Positions 29,710 through 39,827 of a stretch of 64,000 nt of DNA are shown in pieces. Source of the stretch: Porphyridium purpureum. Taxonomy: Eukaryota. The notes beneath the pieces were generated by a model, which did not search any database, was not told the origin of the DNA, and saw nothing but the letters and a program-made list of their open reading frames with translations. Every line of letters begins with the position of its first letter. Positions within the stretch are counted from its first letter, which is position 1. Both the position numbers and the translations under genes were made by a program. The stretch spans positions 1,178,001 through 1,242,000 of the forward strand of contig VRMN01000002.1 in assembly GCA_008690995.1 (NCBI GenBank), written 5' to 3'.

Positions 29710-31311
29710 TCACGTCTTGGACAGCTCAAGCTGAGTGGCACGATCGCGTCGAGCATCCAGTTCGTTTCCGCCTGGAGCCAGCGTCGAGCAGTATATGGCA
29801 TGAGCAAATGGCGCGCTGCAGTACGGAATGGGTTCCTGGTTGTCGCGACTGTCGAGCACCTGCCACGCGTCGTCTAGGCTAATAAACGTCTGTGGTGGTT
29901 GTGAGCGGAGCATCTGCACCAGCCTGGAAAAAGAGCTCGTGAAGCGACCCACGACGAGTGGTGCACGACGCATAATTTCAGCTTCGGCCGCTGCGTGAAC
30001 AAATGCGACATGATTGAGCGAAAGCGCGTCGCGAGCCTGCAGCTGCTGGATCGAGTAAGTAGGTGAGTACACAATGGCAACAAAGCGCAAGCCGGAGCGT
30101 GAACCCGCGACGCTCTCCAGACTCTCAACCACTTTTTTGGATTTGCACGCCACGAACACCGTGCTCGCATTCGACAGGTACAAAGCCACTTCAAGGAATG
30201 GCTCCAGATCCGAAGCACCACCGTGCCAGCCAATATGATCGCTCTCCACTCGCAAGTCAAAGCCAATAAAGTCGCTGCCAAGAGTATCCAGCTGCTGTTT
30301 CACCAGCTCGTCTACGTCTGCTACAACTTTCGGCTTTAGTCGCGTCCATGCCGCTTGTGCAATCAGCCGAAACTGCGCTAGCGAGTCAGGCAGCGGCACC
30401 TCGTACTTGAAGTGCAGGTTAATAAATTCACTGGGTAAATAGTAGCACATGGGAAGCTCGCTATTCTCTGGCAACGGATCCGTTCGGAAAACCATGGCTA
30501 TGTTCCTGCACCGCACACCATCAAACTGATGCACAATCCTATCGATGGGCACCAATACGCGCTCACTTGCCGCAGTGGACTCTTTGTCCGAATCAGCCGC
30601 CCGAAGGCATGTTTCGGTGATGCGCTCAGAGTAGCACCGCCAAGACTCGCCAGTGCCACAGTCATACATCCATTCGGAATGTTTCTCAAACGGCTTAAGA
30701 AAAAGCGGAACGCCACGCTCAAGTCCCGCGGCAATGCCAGCAATCACCCACAAAAAAGGAGTAGCAAAGCCCGACCACTGCAAGTTTTGCTTCATCATGA
30801 CTGCGCGTTCGCATGACATTTTCTGCAACAAGGCAGAGCCACCATCCTTGCCCTCCCAGTGCTCCGTGGCCTTCTTTGCAATCATATGCCACGCGAGCTC
30901 CTGATCGGTCACGTTCACAGCGCTCGATGATTCCCCATGCGGATGCGACGGATGGTGAACGTCTGTCTCCGCATTCGGTATTCTGCCGTGGCCATGAAAA
31001 TGACCCTGACTGGCACTATTGTGCGTCCAGCGTCCGTACAGGAGCATGTGCACGAGCAGTATACCAACCAGAAACGCGGCCATGAGCCCCAACCCGACTT
31101 TGAACAGCGGCGAGTGCCGCGCGTGTATCAATTCGCGCAACATCTTTTCCAGCCAGCGACTGAACGGCTCGTGCGCCGCTGGTCTGGACGGCGGAAGCTG
31201 TCCGTCTTCAAGCGCGGAGATAGCATCTGCGCGCGGATCATTGTGCACGCGCACGAAGACTTTGCGCTGCGACGCATGTGCGGCACCTGCTGCGGCCGCC
31301 GCAGTCGCCAT
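29710..31311 (-). CDS. Type II membrane glycosyltransferase, fucosyltransferase-like (GT23/NodZ-like fold)
   Basis: Single N-terminal TM and His-rich stem; degenerate motifs FIGFDLRVESD, VFVA and EIMRRAPLVVGRFTSSFSRL. Confidence 0.65.
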   Translation of the reverse strand: MATAAAAAGAAHASQRKVFVRVHNDPRADAISALEDGQLPPSRPAAHEPFSRWLEKMLRELIHARHSPLFKVGLGLMAAFLVGILLVHMLLYGRWTHNSASQGHFHGHGRIPNAETDVHHPSHPHGESSSAVNVTDQELAWHMIAKKATEHWEGKDGGSALLQKMSCERAVMMKQNLQWSGFATPFLWVIAGIAAGLERGVPLFLKPFEKHSEWMYDCGTGESWRCYSERITETCLRAADSDKESTAASERVLVPIDRIVHQFDGVRCRNIAMVFRTDPLPENSELPMCYYLPSEFINLHFKYEVPLPDSLAQFRLIAQAAWTRLKPKVVADVDELVKQQLDTLGSDFIGFDLRVESDHIGWHGGASDLEPFLEVALYLSNASTVFVACKSKKVVESLESVAGSRSGLRFVAIVYSPTYSIQQLQARDALSLNHVAFVHAAAEAEIMRRAPLVVGRFTSSFSRLVQMLRSQPPQTFISLDDAWQVLDSRDNQEPIPYCSAPFAHAIYCSTLAPGGNELDARRDRATQLELSKT

Positions 31312-31519
31312 CGTCTCAACATCATCAGCTCAACACAAACTCCCGTCTCCCCCAATCGTAAACGGTTTCAATTTCCAGCATTTGGTTGCAGGTTCAGAAA
31401 CCAAACCGCTTAAACCAGTAGACCGTTTATCTGAAAGTAGTGTACAGTTGCGCCGGGCTGAACGGTTGCGCGAGTGCGCAAGGGCGGCAGTGCAGGGAGA
31501 GCGAGCCAGAGAAAGGCAA

Positions 31520-32437
31520 ATGATTGATGAAGGCGGGACGGTGCGGCGTGACCATGCGGGTGCCGCGCATGGGGCGGCAGGTCCAGTGACACCCAAGATT
31601 CTGGTTCACGGCAGCCACCATCATACGAATGCGGGGGCGCCTGCAGTACTGGCCGGTAAAGAAAAGCCGCATGCAGCTGGCACGGCCGCCATTCCGGAAT
31701 GCGTCAAGTGTATGCTGCGCGAGTTCCCGCAGCTTATGCTTGGATGCTTTGCGTGCTCTCGAGCAATTCATTTCTATTGCATGAACCCGCCGCGGGTCCA
31801 ATTTCCGGACGCGCCGTGGATGTGCAGGCTGTGCCTCGACGAAGAGGTCCGGCGTGTCCCGCGGAAAAGCAAGAAGCAGAGGTTGAACGCATGGCTGAAG
31901 ACCGCGTCCTCGGCCTCCAGCGAAATATGTCGTTCAGAAGTGCAAGCTCAGGATCGTCACCCGTGCCACATCAGCCCGGATCGCCACGCGACTCAAATTC
32001 ACAACTTGCTGACTGAATTAGACCTGGAAAGTGTTCTGAGCTCGCCAGAGCTTTCGCAGGAGTTCCTAGAGCAGGTTGTGATGCAACTCGCTCGACAAAA
32101 GGGCGGTTTGCTCAGAGAGCTAAAAACAGCTTCGGCAGCAAGACCGCAATCTGTGCCCACCGAAACGCAGCACGTCGTGAATGCTGCCTTGGAAAGAAAT
32201 CCTCAGGGCGTAGGAGGGGAAGGTGCAAATGCGCTCACTGTATTCAATGGACCGGAAAATGCTGATTTTGTTCATCTTTCAAATCTGCCAAAATTGCAAA
32301 CAGAAGCGCACGCGCATCATTCCTCGGATTTTCGATCGCAGTTGCAACCAAAGCTTCTCGACTCCGCCGCCGCTGCGCCAGAGCTTCGGCGAGAAAATGA
32401 CGAGTGGGTTTTGGGTGCTCAGACAAGAAGACCCTAG
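31520..32437 (+). CDS. PHD-finger protein
   Basis: C4HC3 pattern CVKC...CFAC...HFYC..PP....P...WMCRLC; first plausible ATG at 31520. Confidence 0.8.
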   Translation: MIDEGGTVRRDHAGAAHGAAGPVTPKILVHGSHHHTNAGAPAVLAGKEKPHAAGTAAIPECVKCMLREFPQLMLGCFACSRAIHFYCMNPPRVQFPDAPWMCRLCLDEEVRRVPRKSKKQRLNAWLKTASSASSEICRSEVQAQDRHPCHISPDRHATQIHNLLTELDLESVLSSPELSQEFLEQVVMQLARQKGGLLRELKTASAARPQSVPTETQHVVNAALERNPQGVGGEGANALTVFNGPENADFVHLSNLPKLQTEAHAHHSSDFRSQLQPKLLDSAAAAPELRRENDEWVLGAQTRRP

Positions 32438-32540
32438 AGGCAGGTGGGGGCGATATTCCTACGGGGCAGGCGAAGCAGGCAAAGCAGGCGAAACACCAGG
32501 TATGCACATGAAGGCATCCCGCACCAACAAAGCGCTATTT

Positions 32541-35500
32541 TTAGGTTGGTGCGGTGGCCGCGATGGCGACGCTACGCTTTGAATTCTGGCGGTCGAGACC
32601 CGCCCGATCGATGTCTGGATTGATGAGAATTCGAGCCATGAAATCCTTCCACACGTCACGGCCATTAAAGAGATTGATGGCGCGGATTCGCTCGTTGGCG
32701 AGATGAGCGTTGTCTGTGTTTGCACCCAGAGGAATTTGGATGACAGGGCACTTGAGCGTCTCTTCAAAAAAGGAAGTCAGTCCCAGCGTACCGCCTTCGC
32801 GCACAAACAGGGGCTCCTGTTGCCAGACGTGCTGGATAGCGGCGGACACCGCGGTATAGTACTCATCATGTAGGTTCCCAAGCCACCATTTGCCTTTGTT
32901 CATGCACTTGATTGACACCTGGTTGCCCGAGTGAAGCTTGCCAAACTCATATTCCAAGTAACGCTTAATCAGCTCGAGTATCTTGTCGGGGTCCTGGTCC
33001 GGGACCAGACGTACTGATATCCTAGCGGTGGCGCTCTTGGGCAGCACCGAAAAGACTTTGGTCATGTTTGAGGTCACGACGGACGTGATCGACAATGACG
33101 GTTTTGCCCATCGCGCCTCCAGAACCTCGAGGCTATTTGAACTAATCAACTTGCTCACACCCGTGCTCTGCATGAAGTCTTCCGCTCGAAAGTCTACCCT
33201 TTCGAAGAGCGCGCGCTCGTCGGCGCTTAAGTCCTTGACATCTTCGTGGAAAAAGGGAATGTTAATATTTCCACGTGAATCCTTGAGCGAAGCAAGCACG
33301 ATGCACAAATCTGTCACTGGCTCAAGCATCGCGCCGCCATCCACGCCGGCATGCAAATTGCAATTAGGCCCACTCACGCTGATTTCGAGATCCAAAACAC
33401 CGCGCATGCCGTACGTGATGCACGGCTGCTCGGCCCCAATCCAGTATGAATTTGACTTCATCACAAGTTTGCAGTTTAACAGCAGCTCACGATCGACGCC
33501 GTCAACCAGTTCGCGTGCGATCATCTCCCGAAAGCCTTCGTTGCTGCCTTCGCCATGACCCTCTATGGCAAAGATCACATTGTGTGTCAGCACGCGCTCT
33601 GGACAATGTTCTACCCCATCGCTACTATATTGCGGTTGCTCTTCATTCGTAGTGTTATCACGGATCGCTCTAAACTCCTGAAGGAGCTCCATGAATGCAA
33701 ACGCCATGGCCAAAATCGGGCCCTTATTGTCTGTCACGCCTCGGCCGTAAAAATGGCCATCGCGCGCACTCATCTGCCAGGGGTCGGAGTACCATTCCCG
33801 CTCCTGAGCGGAAACGCAGTCGTAGTGCCCATAAACCAAAACTGTGGGCGCGTTCGGTTGCATGGCTCGAAAAACCGCCCACACAAGCGGGTTTGCAAGA
33901 AAATCTTTCTGCAAATCAGGAGTCCCTGAAGCCAACGCAGAAGGTGCATCTGGCAAAAAGGTACGGTTCGCGGCCGGATTTTCAAAGCGCACGGTCGCAC
34001 CCAACTCCTCAAGAACATTAAAAATGAACTCCGCCGCGTCCCAGCATCCGCTCCGATGCAAGCCATGAGCACTGCCAGACACAGATCGGAAGGCGACCCA
34101 TTCACTGAGTGCGTTTTCCAACAGGCGATTGCGATCCTGATGGGCCATTTTGGCACTGAATACGCGATTTCTTCCGGCATGAGACGCCTGTGCTGTGCGA
34201 TCAGATACTGCCGAGTCTGCTAGCGCACCATCAAAGTCAGCCTCCGTCGAGGGAGTGCAAGGCTCGGCTACCGGTGACCACAGATCTTTGGCCTCCCACG
34301 CCAGGACCTTGCCGTTGGTATGGGACGAGAAAATCACGCGCGAATCTGAAGAGACACAGACACTTTCAACCTTACTATACCCTACAGTCTGAAAGGTACG
34401 CTGCACAGTGCATGTGTCCGTGCACCATTGTGTGATAACACCACTTGCATCACCGGCAACAAAGAAGGAATCATTTGCCGCTACAGCCAGACAGCAGATT
34501 TCCGAGCCACTACCGTACAGGGTCGACTTGCACACGAACCCCTTACTCACATCCCAAACCCGAATGGTACCATCTTTGGACGCCGAGACTATAAGTGGAG
34601 GGCCTCTGTTCTCGGACGCAGTGGACGCAGAATTTGAGGCACTGCGAATAGATACGCAAGCTGTCACAGCGTCACGGTGGCCCCGCAGTAGAGCTTGAAA
34701 CTTACCACTTTCGACATCCCACACACGCAAAAAACCGTCGGCGCATGCACTGCACAGAAGAGCGCCGTTCTCAGCAAGCGCGAGCCCTTGCACACCGCTG
34801 TGATGGTACATTTCGGACGACACATCATCGGAACCATGGCGTACCAGAGGTTCCCACCAGCTTTCGAAGCCATTGATCGATGGATGCCTCTTTCCCTTTG
34901 GCAGTGGCTGAAGCGGCTGCACCGGATTGTTCGCGTGGTACGTACTCAGAAGCGTGCTGTCCTCGGAACTGCAAATGCGCAAGTACGTATCTCCACACCC
35001 GTAAAAAATGCTGCCATCTCGAACGTACGCGAGTGCGAAGATACCACCCACTTGACCACATTCAATGGTTCGAATGAGCTCAAACGACGAACCGATACTC
35101 CACTCCTTGATCACTCCTGACGTAGACGCAGAAGCCAAGATACAGCGCTGCGGGTCCACCAAGAGTGAGAAAATCGAAGTCGGAATGCGAAGATTATCAT
35201 GTTCGAGCACAGTATGCATTTGCTGAGCTTCAAGATCCCAGATGTGGATGTCACCATTTTGAGAGCCCATAATCAGATACTTGTTCTCGAATTCAGCCAT
35301 GCAAAACACGATCTCGTTCTCTTTGGTGGAAATCTCGTAACGCAAATATATATTCCCACTTTCGACACCAAGCGCCGCTGTTTTGCTGCCTCCGTCCGGG
35401 TCCGGATATGATCGTCCAGGCAAGGACTGGTTCACTTGCAGCGCCAGGGCTTCCACACCACTCCTCGATGAGGTGCCGGCCGCGAGGCCATGCGCTTGCA

Positions 35501-36584
35501 ACTTGGCCGCATGGCTAAAGTCTGCGTTTTGATGCCGCTGGGCCTGCTCAAGGCACTCATGAATGAGAAAGCGCGACGGTCCCAAGCCGCGGCGATCAGA
35601 CAGGTCATCATTCGCTGCCTTTTGGCTGCTTTCGTAAAGCACAATTGGGCAAATAAAGATATCCCGAGCAGCTTCGGTCACTAGAATAAGACTCTGTGCG
35701 GGGGCCGGGATCCAATCATTCAAATTGTCGCTCAGCGGCTCCGACGAAATCATCGCAAAACTCGGGTGCCGACTAGTATGTTTCACACAGTAATTCCCTG
35801 TCCTTTGCGGGCAGCAATCTTCGTACTTCGATCCCATGGCCACGTAGAGGGACGCACATGTCACAGTTTTCGGATCTGGATGGATGGCAAAGCGTGTCGC
35901 GCACGTGGTAATGCCGTCCGTGACGACGAAATTGAGCAAGGAAACCTCCTCGATGCCGTGGGTTTTCAGAATACTGTACACAGTTTGCAAGGTGGCTTCA
36001 GTCACCAGCCTGAACTCTTCCGGGCTGAGCGCTGTGCGCAAGATCTGAGCGGGCGTCTTGTTCGCGCCAACAAGGCGCATGACCTCATTCAAAAATACCG
36101 CGAACAGCACCGCCGAATCGGAAGAGCCGTGCTCTACAGCAAAGTCGAACGCGAGACCTTCTAAGCTCTGGACAATATCACGCCGCACTCTCGTATACGC
36201 CGCTATGCCGCCATTATGCATGAACGAAAACCTTCCTGCTTGGAAAGGGTGACATGTATTCTCGCTCACGTCCATGCCAGCCGACGCCGCGCGCACGTGC
36301 GCGAAAATCATGCGCGAACGCACCTTGTTCGCGATTTTCTCCAGGTTGACGTCGTTCCATGCTGGCCGCGTACTCTTGTACACGCATGGCTCTGGATCTT
36401 GATCCAAATCCAAAGAGTACCACAAGAGACCAAAGCCATCACCGTTCAGCGCACTGGGCAGCCACCCATCGCCTGAAATACGCTCCCTCGACGAAAAGCT
36501 CTGTCGTACAATGCTCCGGTTCGGCCTCAGCACCAACTCCGACGCAGTCACGATGTCCCCCACGTACGCCAGAAGACGACACAT
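32541..36584 (-). CDS. DUG3-DUG2-like fusion: class II glutamine amidotransferase + WD40 repeats + M20-like peptidase domain
   Basis: Met-Cys start MCRLLAY; NGDGFG, PAWND.NL, FAHVRAA, HPF and MHNGG motifs; WD repeats; YGHYDCV, GRGVTDNKGP, SNSYW, YGMRG, REGG and AHLANER motifs. Confidence 0.9.
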   Translation of the reverse strand: MCRLLAYVGDIVTASELVLRPNRSIVRQSFSSRERISGDGWLPSALNGDGFGLLWYSLDLDQDPEPCVYKSTRPAWNDVNLEKIANKVRSRMIFAHVRAASAGMDVSENTCHPFQAGRFSFMHNGGIAAYTRVRRDIVQSLEGLAFDFAVEHGSSDSAVLFAVFLNEVMRLVGANKTPAQILRTALSPEEFRLVTEATLQTVYSILKTHGIEEVSLLNFVVTDGITTCATRFAIHPDPKTVTCASLYVAMGSKYEDCCPQRTGNYCVKHTSRHPSFAMISSEPLSDNLNDWIPAPAQSLILVTEAARDIFICPIVLYESSQKAANDDLSDRRGLGPSRFLIHECLEQAQRHQNADFSHAAKLQAHGLAAGTSSRSGVEALALQVNQSLPGRSYPDPDGGSKTAALGVESGNIYLRYEISTKENEIVFCMAEFENKYLIMGSQNGDIHIWDLEAQQMHTVLEHDNLRIPTSIFSLLVDPQRCILASASTSGVIKEWSIGSSFELIRTIECGQVGGIFALAYVRDGSIFYGCGDTYLRICSSEDSTLLSTYHANNPVQPLQPLPKGKRHPSINGFESWWEPLVRHGSDDVSSEMYHHSGVQGLALAENGALLCSACADGFLRVWDVESGKFQALLRGHRDAVTACVSIRSASNSASTASENRGPPLIVSASKDGTIRVWDVSKGFVCKSTLYGSGSEICCLAVAANDSFFVAGDASGVITQWCTDTCTVQRTFQTVGYSKVESVCVSSDSRVIFSSHTNGKVLAWEAKDLWSPVAEPCTPSTEADFDGALADSAVSDRTAQASHAGRNRVFSAKMAHQDRNRLLENALSEWVAFRSVSGSAHGLHRSGCWDAAEFIFNVLEELGATVRFENPAANRTFLPDAPSALASGTPDLQKDFLANPLVWAVFRAMQPNAPTVLVYGHYDCVSAQEREWYSDPWQMSARDGHFYGRGVTDNKGPILAMAFAFMELLQEFRAIRDNTTNEEQPQYSSDGVEHCPERVLTHNVIFAIEGHGEGSNEGFREMIARELVDGVDRELLLNCKLVMKSNSYWIGAEQPCITYGMRGVLDLEISVSGPNCNLHAGVDGGAMLEPVTDLCIVLASLKDSRGNINIPFFHEDVKDLSADERALFERVDFRAEDFMQSTGVSKLISSNSLEVLEARWAKPSLSITSVVTSNMTKVFSVLPKSATARISVRLVPDQDPDKILELIKRYLEYEFGKLHSGNQVSIKCMNKGKWWLGNLHDEYYTAVSAAIQHVWQQEPLFVREGGTLGLTSFFEETLKCPVIQIPLGANTDNAHLANERIRAINLFNGRDVWKDFMARILINPDIDRAGLDRQNSKRSVAIAATAPT

Positions 36585-36678
36585 TCTCGCTCGCCAAGTC
36601 TCGCACGTGCCTTGGCCACATGCGCAAGGCTGCTCGTCTCAGAAATCGTCAACATCGGCAGCAGAAGACGCCGGCGGT

Positions 36679-37497
36679 ATGGCATTTTCGAGTTCGTTGG
36701 CCGCAGCTTTGTGGGGGCGCCAACCTGCTGCCACATGCGCTCGTACGTATTTAGGCAAAGCGCCGCCACGAGCGGCGTTTGGCAGTGCGGATGCCCAGAG
36801 GCATACGACCGCGCCGGCGACAGCGCTGAGAATCGCGCTGGTGCTTGGCAGCACGAGAGTTGAGGGTCCGCCGTTCCCGGCCAACGTGGGAAAGCGTGTG
36901 GGGCTTTTTGCGGCGCGGCGGCTGCGTGAGCGCGGACATCATGTGGATGTGGTCGACCCGGTCGCGCTCAAGGAGCTACTACCACTGCTGGAGAAACCGC
37001 ACTTTGCGTACCGAAATGGCACCGCACCGCGCGGGATGGATGAGCTCGCTGATATATTTAAACGTGCCGATGCCTACGTGACTGTGACGCCAGAGTACAA
37101 CCACGCACCGTCACCTGCGCTGCTCAACGTGCTCAACCACTTTGGCAGCTCAATTTTTTCGTTCAAGCCTTCGGCAATCGTGGCGTACAGCCAAGGCCAA
37201 TGGGGAGGTGTGAGGGCTGCTCATACGCTTCGCTCGGTACTCTCAGAGCTCGGCTGCCTGCCCGTGTCGGCCATGATGCTCGTTCCGCATGCGCACCGCG
37301 TGTTCGACGACGAAGGGAACACTGCCGAGCCCACCGAGGCACAGCGATGGACCGGGTACTCAGACCGCACGTGGGCGCAGCTGGAATGGTGGGCACATGC
37401 TGCGCGCCAGCGCCGCGCTGAGCATGATCCCTTCGAGCAGTCTCCCTCTTACCAGCAGGCGCCCAGTCAGCGCAACGCGCCGATTTCAGGTTCTTGA
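36679..37497 (+). CDS. NAD(P)H-dependent FMN reductase (flavodoxin-like fold) with an organellar targeting extension
   Basis: LGSTR, ADAY..VTPEYNH..SPAL and KP...V.YS.G.WGG.RA motifs; MAF start at 36679. Confidence 0.9.
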   Translation: MAFSSSLAAALWGRQPAATCARTYLGKAPPRAAFGSADAQRHTTAPATALRIALVLGSTRVEGPPFPANVGKRVGLFAARRLRERGHHVDVVDPVALKELLPLLEKPHFAYRNGTAPRGMDELADIFKRADAYVTVTPEYNHAPSPALLNVLNHFGSSIFSFKPSAIVAYSQGQWGGVRAAHTLRSVLSELGCLPVSAMMLVPHAHRVFDDEGNTAEPTEAQRWTGYSDRTWAQLEWWAHAARQRRAEHDPFEQSPSYQQAPSQRNAPISGS

Positions 37498-37679
37498 TTC
37501 GGTGACAAGTTCGACGGAGCCATCGCGCATGTTAAGGAAAATGTGCGGGAAGGCTGGCCAGCCGGGAGAGGATTTGTGCCGTGTTCCCACCCGGTGAAAG
37601 CTGCCGTGCGCAGACATATAGCGCGCACCAGAGAGGGGCTGGCCCTGTGCTCGCCGCCTTGTGTCTCATCTGAGCAGAA

Positions 37680-38093
37680 ATGATTGTGCGCGGGAGCATT
37701 GAGTTGAAGCCGGGCGATTGGGAGATGCCCAGCGCTGCGGATTTACAAGGAGCGACGCTGTTCATCAAGATCAATCAAGCAGTACACGGGTTTGGGGGCT
37801 GCGGGCCATCGCAGGTGGCTGTCAAGCAGGCAGTGGTTGGTCCTACATCCTTCCCGCTGCAATATGAAATCACGTTCGAGCCGCCACCGGATCCTGAGGG
37901 TCGGCCACCGATCGCGTATTCGGTTAGCGCGGTCATGAACATGGGCTGGTGCCCTGAAGAAGGAGCACAGGAGTGGATCCGGAACGGCGATTGGCTCACC
38001 GACACCCACTTTCCACTCGAGCGGGGTGCGTCCGATGCCGCACAGCTGGATATCTTTCTTGTCCACCATCCACTTCGTCGAAGCGCTGAGTAG
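37680..38093 (+). CDS. Small beta-sandwich protein, YbaY/YscW-like
   Basis: VRGSI...ATL.I.I...FPLQYEI...YSVSA...GDWLTDT pattern; the 5' end is uncertain. Confidence 0.5.
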   Translation: MIVRGSIELKPGDWEMPSAADLQGATLFIKINQAVHGFGGCGPSQVAVKQAVVGPTSFPLQYEITFEPPPDPEGRPPIAYSVSAVMNMGWCPEEGAQEWIRNGDWLTDTHFPLERGASDAAQLDIFLVHHPLRRSAE

Positions 38094-38235
38094 TTTATCT
38101 CAGAGTTGCTATGTTGAGAAGGCGCCGACGCACGCGCACGCGCGGACACTTACAAAACAGGAACACATGCGCGGGGTCTCTGTCTTTCTCTCTCTTTCTA
38201 CATTATACACATCGATTGCCGATATCTCGTTGGTT

Positions 38236-39171
38236 TTACACGTGCCACATGCTCCTGCGGCAAACGGGACACTCGTCGTGACCCAGTCTTGCCCACTCAT
38301 CAATGCACTTGTGGTGGAACATGTGGTCACAGTCTGGCAACCGCACCACGCAGACGCGCGTCTCCGCGTCGTCCTGTCCGTCCACCGACAGTGCGTCAGA
38401 GTTGAAGCCGCCAAGACAGATGAAGCACTGCAGCTCCTGCAGATTGTCCAACTCGCCCATTTCCGCGGCGGAGAGCGCCGGGAGCTTGCCCGGCAGCTCC
38501 TTCCGCCGCGCTTCGCGGTCGCCTCTCGGTCTCGCGGTATCATATACCGCAAGTTCGGCATGCTGCAGGACCCAAAAGCGCGTGAATAACATGCACGCGA
38601 ACATGGACACGCCCACAAGCACGCAAAACGTAGTGCTCACTGCGGCCTGTACGGTGACGCTGCTGCTCGACAGCGCCACCTGCTCATATTTATCAGACGT
38701 CATCTTGACTGATGCATGGGACGTCTCATTGTACCAGCACAAGTACTCCTTGCCCGGTTGAAACCTCGCGGCAAACGCCTCGGCCGCGTTTCGATCGTAC
38801 GTATATTTTCTAGTGGCAGAGCGCATCGCGATGGTGACATTATCCAGATCGACATCCGGCGTCCTGTCGCGCGGCAGCAAGTACGTATTTTGCACTGTAA
38901 TTTCCGAGCGCCATCCCGTCAAGTCTGGGAACAAGTCCACCGTAAACGGTGTCGACGCGGTGGCGGCCTGGACGGGGCACTTCGTCTCTGCCCAGCCGGC
39001 GTAGATTTGCTCGTGATACACGCCCCAGCTCTGGAGCGTCCAGTACAGCACACCCGCAAACACCAGCATGTTCAGCACAATGGCGACTGTGAAGTACACG
39101 ATGTACCACCGATACGACAGGGGCACGCACGCCCGCGCAAGCCAGCTGCGGCCCGCACTGCGCGGCGGCAT
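38236..39171 (-). CDS. Two-TM membrane RING-H2 E3 ubiquitin ligase
   Basis: CFICL...LPDCDHMFHHKCIDEW.....CPVCR; two TM helices flank a Cys-containing loop; first ATG at 39171. Confidence 0.88.
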   Translation of the reverse strand: MPPRSAGRSWLARACVPLSYRWYIVYFTVAIVLNMLVFAGVLYWTLQSWGVYHEQIYAGWAETKCPVQAATASTPFTVDLFPDLTGWRSEITVQNTYLLPRDRTPDVDLDNVTIAMRSATRKYTYDRNAAEAFAARFQPGKEYLCWYNETSHASVKMTSDKYEQVALSSSSVTVQAAVSTTFCVLVGVSMFACMLFTRFWVLQHAELAVYDTARPRGDREARRKELPGKLPALSAAEMGELDNLQELQCFICLGGFNSDALSVDGQDDAETRVCVVRLPDCDHMFHHKCIDEWARLGHDECPVCRRSMWHV

Positions 39172-39551
39172 GCTCCCACACCGCGAGCCCCCGTCCCTCC
39201 CCACGTCCGTCCCTCACACACACACACACAACGTGCCTCTACCCCCCCTTCACATCCCCATCGCCACCCCCCCGTCTCACCTCTACCTCGTCTCACCTCC
39301 ACCTGCCTCACCCCCTGCACATCTCTCTCTCGCTCTCCCCGCGCCCCGTCCCTCTCCTTTCCCGCAAACAGTTCCACAGCGATTCCAGTCACGTCTCGCC
39401 TCACCGCGCAACCCCTTTTTCGACCCGCTTTCTCTACGCGAATCGCATGTCTCCCCATTACTCATAATCACAATAACCTTGCGCCGCTGCTACATGTTTA
39501 TTGTTTCGCGCTTTCAGCAACTTCCGCCACAAGGCATACTTTCGGCTCGGT

Positions 39552-39552
<1 letters not shown>

Positions 39553-39582
<30 letters not shown>
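39553..39582. repeat. (GT)15 microsatellite
   Basis: Direct reading. Confidence 0.95.
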
Positions 39583-39584
<2 letters not shown>

Positions 39585-39827
39585 TTTTTACCACGCATGC
39601 CTTGATTCTGTGGCTTACGTGGTTAGAGTACAGCTGAATGGGCACTTCATACTAAAACGGCGCCGGTCATCTATGCCGGTCTATTTTTGGACGGACAGAA
39701 CACACGTCATCGCCACGGACGGTCAGGGAAAAAGCGGTTTAGGTCAGAGCCGCTTACACGGGCGCCTCGTTCTTTCCTGGGGAAGCGGGGAAGGGTGTTC
39801 AGCGACGCTGTACAGTGATGTGTGGAT

